Shown here: piece after piece, positions 58,337 to 64,000 of the stretch
How the letters are laid out: the number at the start of each line of letters is the position of its first letter
Numbering within the stretch: position 1 is the stretch's first letter
Source of the DNA: Thermodesulfobacteriota bacterium
GTDB taxonomy: Bacteria; Desulfobacterota; Desulfobulbia; Desulfobulbales; SURF-16
Reading direction: 5' to 3'
Assembly (NCBI GenBank): GCA_039714595.1
Contig: JBDLJA010000009.1
Span: 189-64,188 of the forward strand
DNA: 64,000 nucleotides
Program-made: the position numbers and the translations under genes
Notes under the pieces: model-generated
The model's input: the letters and a program-made list of their open reading frames with translations, nothing else
The model's database searches: none
Told to the model about the DNA's origin: nothing

Positions 58337-60160
58337 ATGCCCACGACTCCATCTTTTTCCATGGCCCAGGTGGCCATGCCCTGGCCCGCCTTTAATCGGC
58401 CCTCCATCCAGTTGGGGGCCTTGAAGGCCTTTCTTGCCACAAAAGATGTTGGGGTGCGCAATTTCCATCCCTACCTGGAGGTGGCCACTCTTTTGGGCGA
58501 GGAGTTGTATCAGTGGCTGGCCACTGAGGTGTGGGTCTGCGAGGCCCTTTACAGCGCCATTCTCTTCCCTGAGCAGCGCCAAAGCGCCATTGCCCTGGTG
58601 GAAGAGGGGGCGCGGGCGGCGGGCAAGGCGGATCTTCTCGATGCCGCAGAGGTAATTACCATCCTCAGCGATCATCTGGAGCGTTTTGTCAGCCAGATTG
58701 AGTGGCAGGGCTTTCAGCTGGTGGGTTTTTCCATCTGCCTTAACCAGCTTCTGGCCAGTCTCGCCGCCATTGTCCAGCTGCGCCGCCATCATCCTTCTCT
58801 ACCGGTGGTGGTGGGGGGCTCCAGCTGTATCCCCTCGGCCGCCGCCGCCCTATGTGATATTTTCGCTATTGATTATGTGGTCTGGGGGGAGGGTGAGCTG
58901 CCATTGCTCAACCTCTGCCGCCACCTGAGCGGCAAAGAGGAACCATTAAGCGCCTCGATCTACAGCCGCAGCCAGGGAGGGTGGGGGACAGGCGATGAGG
59001 TGGGCCAGCTGCCTAAGCTTTCAGCCCTGCCCGTGCCTGACTACGATGACTATTTTCAGGAGATGGGCCGTCACTTTCCGGCCGGTTTCCCCCCGGTGTT
59101 GCCCCTGGAGTTTTCCCGGGGCTGCTGGTGGGGCAAGTGCAGCTTCTGCAACCTCAATGTCCAGTGGCACGGCTACCGCTATAAGAAGGCGGAGCAGATG
59201 TATGGCGAACTAACCACCCTGCGCCGCCGCTACCGCTGCCTCGACTTTACCTTTACGGATAACGCCCTGCCGGTGCGCGACTCCCTGACCCTGCTGGATA
59301 GGTGCGCGGCAGAGCCGCCTGATTACCGTTTCTTTGCCGAGATCAGGGCCAGCCAGTCCGGCCCCGAGTTAGCCCGGCTGCGCCGGGGGGGCTTGGCCCG
59401 GGTCCAGGTGGGGATTGAGGGTTTCTCCACATCCTTATTAAAGCGCTTCAATAAAGGGATGCGGGTTATTGACAACCTGGCCATCATGCGAGACGCGGTG
59501 GCCTGCGGGGTGGAGCTTGCCGGCAATCTTATTGTTAACTTTCCGGGCAGCAGCGCGGCAGAGGTGGCTGAGAGCCTGGAAAATATTGACTTTGCCTTCC
59601 CCTTTCAGCCCCTGACCAGCGCCTCATTCTTCCTCGGGGCCGGTTCCCCGGTGGACTGCCAGCCGGCTGACTATGGCATCCTGGCTAAGACCGCCCACCC
59701 GGCCAATAAAAGGCTCTTTCCGCCAGCGGTTCTGGCCCGCTTTCCGCAGATTATCAAGGGGTACCGCGGCGACCGCGGCCAGCAGGAGAAGCAGTGGCGC
59801 CCGGTTGTCGCCAAGGTGAAATCCTGGCAGCGTTACCATGCTAAGCGTGAGCGGGATATCTACCGTTATCCGCTCCTCACCTGCCGTGAGGGGGGTGACT
59901 TTCTCGATATCCGCCAGGAGCTCCCGGACGGCAGGGTCTTGCGCCACCGGTTGGCGGCCACCTCTAGGCTGATCTACCTTGAGTGTATGACGATCATTTC
60001 CCTTGCCCGGCTGCAGCAGCGATTTGCTAAGATAAGTGCCGAGGCCCTGGCCCGTTTTCTGGCCGAGATGGTGGCTAAGAGGTTGCTCTTTGCTGAAGAT
60101 GATTACTTTCTGGCCCTGGCCGTCTATCAAGGCGGGGAGGGCATAGGTGAAAGCGAATAA
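58337..60160 (+). CDS. B12-binding radical SAM enzyme, RiPP-maturation C-methyltransferase-like
   Basis: AMPW..RPSIQLGALKA N-terminus, B12-binding region (GFSICLNQ..VVGG), RGCWWGKCSFC CxxxCxxC, FAEIRA, QVGIE. Confidence 0.85.
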   Translation: MPTTPSFSMAQVAMPWPAFNRPSIQLGALKAFLATKDVGVRNFHPYLEVATLLGEELYQWLATEVWVCEALYSAILFPEQRQSAIALVEEGARAAGKADLLDAAEVITILSDHLERFVSQIEWQGFQLVGFSICLNQLLASLAAIVQLRRHHPSLPVVVGGSSCIPSAAAALCDIFAIDYVVWGEGELPLLNLCRHLSGKEEPLSASIYSRSQGGWGTGDEVGQLPKLSALPVPDYDDYFQEMGRHFPAGFPPVLPLEFSRGCWWGKCSFCNLNVQWHGYRYKKAEQMYGELTTLRRRYRCLDFTFTDNALPVRDSLTLLDRCAAEPPDYRFFAEIRASQSGPELARLRRGGLARVQVGIEGFSTSLLKRFNKGMRVIDNLAIMRDAVACGVELAGNLIVNFPGSSAAEVAESLENIDFAFPFQPLTSASFFLGAGSPVDCQPADYGILAKTAHPANKRLFPPAVLARFPQIIKGYRGDRGQQEKQWRPVVAKVKSWQRYHAKRERDIYRYPLLTCREGGDFLDIRQELPDGRVLRHRLAATSRLIYLECMTIISLARLQQRFAKISAEALARFLAEMVAKRLLFAEDDYFLALAVYQGGEGIGESE

Positions 60161-60181
60161 CAAGGGGGGAGGGTTAGAGCC

Positions 60182-60712
60182 ATGGCTAAGACAACGAGAT
60201 TCTATGTGGGAGGCTGCCGGAGCGGCAAGAGCCGTCTGGCCGAGGGTTGGGTGGCCAGTTCTGCCAGCTCCCCCACCTACATCGCCACCCTGCAGGCCGG
60301 TGGTGACGCGGAGATGGAGGAGCGCATCAGGATGCACCGCCAGAGCCGGGGTCAGGGCTGGCATCTGGTGGAGGAGCCGCTGGAGGTGGCCGAGGTTCTC
60401 ACGGCCAACCCCCATGCCAGTGATCTGATTCTCATTGACTGCCTCACCCTCTGGCTCACCAACCTCCTTATGGCCCGGCGGACCAACGAGGAGGTGGAGG
60501 CGCAGGTGGCCAAGCTATGTCTGGCCATAAGGCAATCAGAGGTGTCGCTGGTCCTGGTGGCCAACGAGGTGGGCTTGGGCATTGTCCCGGAGAGTGGCCT
60601 GGCCCGCCGTTTTCGTGATCTGGCCGGCTGGACCAATCAACAGGTGGCAATGGTCTGCGATGAGGTGTTTTTCGTGGCCGCCGGTCTCCCTCTGACCCTT
60701 AAAAGGCCATGA
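60182..60712 (+). CDS. cobU: Bifunctional adenosylcobinamide kinase / cobinamide-phosphate guanylyltransferase
   Basis: GGCRSGKS, YIAT, RIRMHRQSR, IDCLTLWLTN, VANEVGLG and VAAGLP. Confidence 0.95.
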   Translation: MAKTTRFYVGGCRSGKSRLAEGWVASSASSPTYIATLQAGGDAEMEERIRMHRQSRGQGWHLVEEPLEVAEVLTANPHASDLILIDCLTLWLTNLLMARRTNEEVEAQVAKLCLAIRQSEVSLVLVANEVGLGIVPESGLARRFRDLAGWTNQQVAMVCDEVFFVAAGLPLTLKRP

Positions 60713-61812
60713 GTAGCCCCGTGCCCCCGCCCAAGGGTCTGGCCCGCCACGGCGGCACCATTATCTCCACCGCCCGTGAGCTGGGCCTGGCGCCGGCGGA
60801 GCTGATGGATATGAGTTCCAACCTCTCCCCCCTAGGGATGGCGCCAGGCTTGCGGGAGCACCTGGCCGCCGCCCTGGATCAGCTGGGCCACCTGCCGGAG
60901 ATAGATAATAAGGGGCTCATAGAGGCCTTCGCCCGCCACGCCGGTTGTAAGTCCGGTGAGGTGGCGGCGGGTAATGGCACCACCGACTTTATCTTTGCCC
61001 TGCCCCAGCTGCTGCGGGGGGTCCAGCGCGCCCTGCTGGTCCAGCCGACCTACAGTGATTACGAGGTGGCCTGTGAGCAGCAGGGGCTTGCCGTCCATCA
61101 TTTTCACACCCGGCCCCAGGACGATTTTGCCCTTGATCTTGACCAGTTAGAGGCCCAGGTCAAGGATGGTGACCTGGTCTTCATCTGCAACCCCAACAAC
61201 CCCACCGGCCGCCTGCTGGCAAGCCATAAGCTCCACGCCCTTGCCGCGGCCCACCCCGGGGCCAGCTTTGTGGTGGATGAGTCCTACCTGCCCTTTACCA
61301 GGGAGGTAAGTCTGGTGGCCTTCCCTAAGCTGGCAAACCTCTATATTCTCTGTTCATCTTCAAAGATCTATGGTATTCCGGGCTTGCGCCTCGGTTTTCT
61401 GGTGGCCCATGAGAGCGTGCTGCCCCCCTTTGCCGAGCAGCTCAGGCCGTGGGCCATCAACCGTCTGGCCCAGCTGGCCGGCGAGTACCTCTTTAGCCAG
61501 GCCGATGACCATGTGGCGGCGGTGGTGGACTTTGTCCTCAAAGAGCGCCCTAAGTTTGTGGCCCGGCTTACGGCAGGGGGAGTGGTCCAGGCGGTGCCGG
61601 GGGTTACCAACTTTATCCTCTGCCGCTTCTTAGGCCGTAATATGACCGCGGGCTGGCTGCAGGCAGAGATGTTACAGGAGCGCATAATGGTACGCAACTG
61701 CGCCAACTTCCAAGGCCTCGATGACTCCTACTTTCGCCTCTCCCTCCAGGGGCGGGCGGATAATGATTTTTTCTTAGACAGGTTTGCCGAGCTGATGGAC
61801 CTTAAAGGGTAA
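60709..61812 (+). CDS. cobD: Threonine-phosphate decarboxylase
   Basis: HGG, DMSSNLSP, GNG, CNPNNPTG, VDESY and SKIYGIPGLRLG; ATGA overlap with cobU. Confidence 0.88.
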   Translation: MSSPVPPPKGLARHGGTIISTARELGLAPAELMDMSSNLSPLGMAPGLREHLAAALDQLGHLPEIDNKGLIEAFARHAGCKSGEVAAGNGTTDFIFALPQLLRGVQRALLVQPTYSDYEVACEQQGLAVHHFHTRPQDDFALDLDQLEAQVKDGDLVFICNPNNPTGRLLASHKLHALAAAHPGASFVVDESYLPFTREVSLVAFPKLANLYILCSSSKIYGIPGLRLGFLVAHESVLPPFAEQLRPWAINRLAQLAGEYLFSQADDHVAAVVDFVLKERPKFVARLTAGGVVQAVPGVTNFILCRFLGRNMTAGWLQAEMLQERIMVRNCANFQGLDDSYFRLSLQGRADNDFFLDRFAELMDLKG

Positions 61813-61836
61813 GTCGCCGCAACGGGAAGCAAAAAA

Positions 61837-62379
61837 ATGCGCATCGCCATCCTTTCAGACACCCATGACCATATCCCCAATCTGCGGGCGGCCATAACCT
61901 ATTGCAACGCCTACGGGGTGGGCCTGCTCCTCCACTGCGGGGATCTCATCTCGCCCTTTATGCTGGAGGAGCTGGCCCGTTTCAACGGCCCGGTTCACCT
62001 GGTATATGGCAATAACGTGGGGGATAAGCATCTTATCTCCCAGGGCTGCGGGACAAAGTATCCCACCATCACTCACCATGGCGAGCTGGGCGCTCTGGAG
62101 GCGGGGGGGCTGCGCATAGCCATGAATCACTTCCCCATCCTGGCCCGGGCCATCGCCCGGCAGGGCGGTTTTGATCTTGTCTGCTGCGGCCACAATCACC
62201 GCTTTGGCATTGAGGAGATTGGCGACTGTCTGCTGATTAACCCGGGGGAGCTCCATGGCGGCAACGAGCAGCCCGGCTTTGTCATCTTTGATACAAACAG
62301 CGGCCGCCCAGAGCGGGTGGATATTGGTGAGCCCTTTTCCACCTGCGAGAGCCCGGAGCTGCAAAACCCCATTGACTGA
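61837..62379 (+). CDS. YfcE-type metallophosphoesterase
   Basis: ILSDTHD, HCGD, VYGNN, CGHNH and INPG motifs. Confidence 0.9.
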   Translation: MRIAILSDTHDHIPNLRAAITYCNAYGVGLLLHCGDLISPFMLEELARFNGPVHLVYGNNVGDKHLISQGCGTKYPTITHHGELGALEAGGLRIAMNHFPILARAIARQGGFDLVCCGHNHRFGIEEIGDCLLINPGELHGGNEQPGFVIFDTNSGRPERVDIGEPFSTCESPELQNPID

Positions 62380-62574
62380 AGGCAATCTTGAAAAATCTTA
62401 CTCAGGGGATATCCCCGCTATTTTGTTAACCGCAAAGGAAAGCTGGTTCTTGGTCCGGGGTTTTAAATATTCGAGATGGCCTGAGTTTTTTTCAGGTTGT
62501 CAGGTGGCCCGGTGTAATGGACCCCGGGTCCTGAGAGCCATTGATCAATAGAAAAAAAGAAAAAGTAAAAAAAT

Positions 62575-63807
62575 ATGGAAGATATGAAAGAAGGGGCTGA
62601 GGGAAGTTTCGCCGATATGTTTGCCCAGACCAGCGATGATTCCGTTGAGCTGGAGCCGGGACAGCAGGTGGAGGCCGAGGTGGTGCGGGTGGATAAGGAT
62701 TGGCTCTTTATCGATCTGGGCGGCAAGAGTGAGGGGGTTATCGCCACCTCAGAGCTTGTTGGTGATGATGGTCTGGTCACGGTTAAGGCGGGTGAGAGGC
62801 TGTCGGCCTATTTTCTCGCCCCGCAGCAGGGCCAGATGCTTTTTACCACCCGGATGAGCGGGGCGGCGGCCAAGGCCCATCTGCGCCAGGCCTTTGAGGC
62901 CGGGGTGCCCCTGGCGGGCAACGTCAGTCGCGAGGTCAAGGGTGGTTTTGAGGTGATGATTGCTGGCAACACCCGGGCCTTCTGCCCCTACTCGCAGATG
63001 GCCCTGCGGCGGGTGAATGACACCAGCGTCTTTGTCGATCAGGAGTTTGATTTCCAGATCATTGAGTATAAGGAGGAGGGGCGCAACATCATCATCTCCC
63101 GGCGTACCCTGCTGGAAGAGGAGCGAGCGGCCCAGGCCGAAAAGCTTAAAGAAACTCTCCAGGTGGGGGATCTGGTCAGCGGCACCATCACCTCTCTCCG
63201 CGATTTTGGCGCCTTTGTCGATGTGGGGGGGATTGAGGGGTTGATTCCGGTCTCAGAGATCAGCTGGGGCCGGGTGGCCGATATCCGGGCCACCCTGGAG
63301 GAGGGGCAGCAGGTGGAGGTGGCGGTCTTGAAGCTTGACTGGCAGGCCAAGCGCTTCTCCTTCAGTCTTAAAGATACCCAGCCCGACCCGTGGCTGGCCG
63401 TGGGCGATCTGCTCAAGGAGGGTGAATGTTACCTGGGCCGGGTGGAGCGGATTACCGATTTTGGCGCCTTTGTTAACCTTAAGCCGGGGATTGATGGCCT
63501 TCTGCACATCTCTGCCCTGGGGGCAGGACGGCGGATTAACCATCCCCGGGAGGTGGTGGCCGATGGTGAGGAGCTGGAGGTTCGGGTGGACAGTGTTGAT
63601 GCGGACAACCACCGCATCTCCCTGACCCTGCCCCGGGTGGAAAAGGTGCGGGCCGAAAAGGCGGCCAAGCGCCAGGCGGAAAAGAAGAAGGACCCTGACC
63701 GGCGGGCCGACTATCAAGACTACAAGGGGAGCCAGCAGGCCAGTAAAGGGGCTCCGGGCTCCATGGGCACCCTGGGTGATCTCCTCAAGGCGAAACTGGA
63801 CAAGTAG
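62575..63807 (+). CDS. rpsA: 30S ribosomal protein S1 (short form, about four S1 domains)
   Basis: Repeated S1 domains (IDLGGKSEG, AFCPYSQ, FGAFVDVGGIEGL, FGAFVNLKPGIDGLLH) and C-terminal MGTLGDLL. Confidence 0.88.
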   Translation: MEDMKEGAEGSFADMFAQTSDDSVELEPGQQVEAEVVRVDKDWLFIDLGGKSEGVIATSELVGDDGLVTVKAGERLSAYFLAPQQGQMLFTTRMSGAAAKAHLRQAFEAGVPLAGNVSREVKGGFEVMIAGNTRAFCPYSQMALRRVNDTSVFVDQEFDFQIIEYKEEGRNIIISRRTLLEEERAAQAEKLKETLQVGDLVSGTITSLRDFGAFVDVGGIEGLIPVSEISWGRVADIRATLEEGQQVEVAVLKLDWQAKRFSFSLKDTQPDPWLAVGDLLKEGECYLGRVERITDFGAFVNLKPGIDGLLHISALGAGRRINHPREVVADGEELEVRVDSVDADNHRISLTLPRVEKVRAEKAAKRQAEKKKDPDRRADYQDYKGSQQASKGAPGSMGTLGDLLKAKLDK

Positions 63808-63835
63808 GCCGTGGCCAAGGCCCAGCTGCTGACCC

Positions 63836-64000
63836 CTAACTGCGGGGGCGGCAGATGGGCCGGCTCTCCCGCCCTCTGATGAACTCGATCATGGCCATGA
63901 CCATCTCATCATCGCCATAGGTGGCGGCCACCTCCTCCATCAGCTCGGCCAGGGTGCCGTCGTCGCTGAAGAGCTGGCGGTACGCCTTCATCAGGTGCTG
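63836..64000 (-). CDS. lpxA: C-terminal fragment, probably UDP-N-acetylglucosamine O-acyltransferase
   Basis: Manual translation QHLMKAYRQLFSDDGTLAELMEEVAATYGDDEMVMAMIEFIRGRESRPICRPRS* resembles the LpxA C-terminal helical domain; 5' part lies outside the window. Confidence 0.65.
   Translation of the reverse strand, partial: QHLMKAYRQLFSDDGTLAELMEEVAATYGDDEMVMAMIEFIRGRESRPICRPRS

Overview
GC-rich bacterial chromosome segment. Gene content suggests an anaerobic Desulfobacterota (Desulfobulbaceae-like) organism; this is inference. The window is mostly housekeeping genes: nnr, valS, dgt, glgP, pal, skp, dxs-ispA-xseB, xerC-hslVU, ispH, ftsY, rarA, queA, murI, lolA, cobU/cobD, rpsA and lpxA. I found no rRNA, tRNA, CRISPR array or transposase. 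The ORF track misses or truncates the most interesting items. (1) A GEMM-I cyclic-dinucleotide riboswitch with the A20 signature of 3',3'-cGAMP-sensing variants lies behind a clear sigma70 promoter. It has a long anti-aptamer and heads a DEAD-box helicase plus cold-shock protein operon. (2) A secreted UshA-like tetraheme cytochrome c carries an in-frame UGA in a C-G-U motif followed by a bacterial SECIS hairpin, so it is a predicted selenoprotein. (3) A Cys-rich, deaminase-like gene is translationally coupled to an RluA pseudouridine synthase. (4) IspH is fused to a UbiA-like membrane domain. (5) A RiPP-type B12 radical SAM enzyme has no precursor nearby and sits beside cobU/cobD. (6) Several families of palindromic intergenic repeats occur, including a ~220-240 bp element in two direct copies 6720 bp apart. 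Family assignments come from motif recognition, not database searches.
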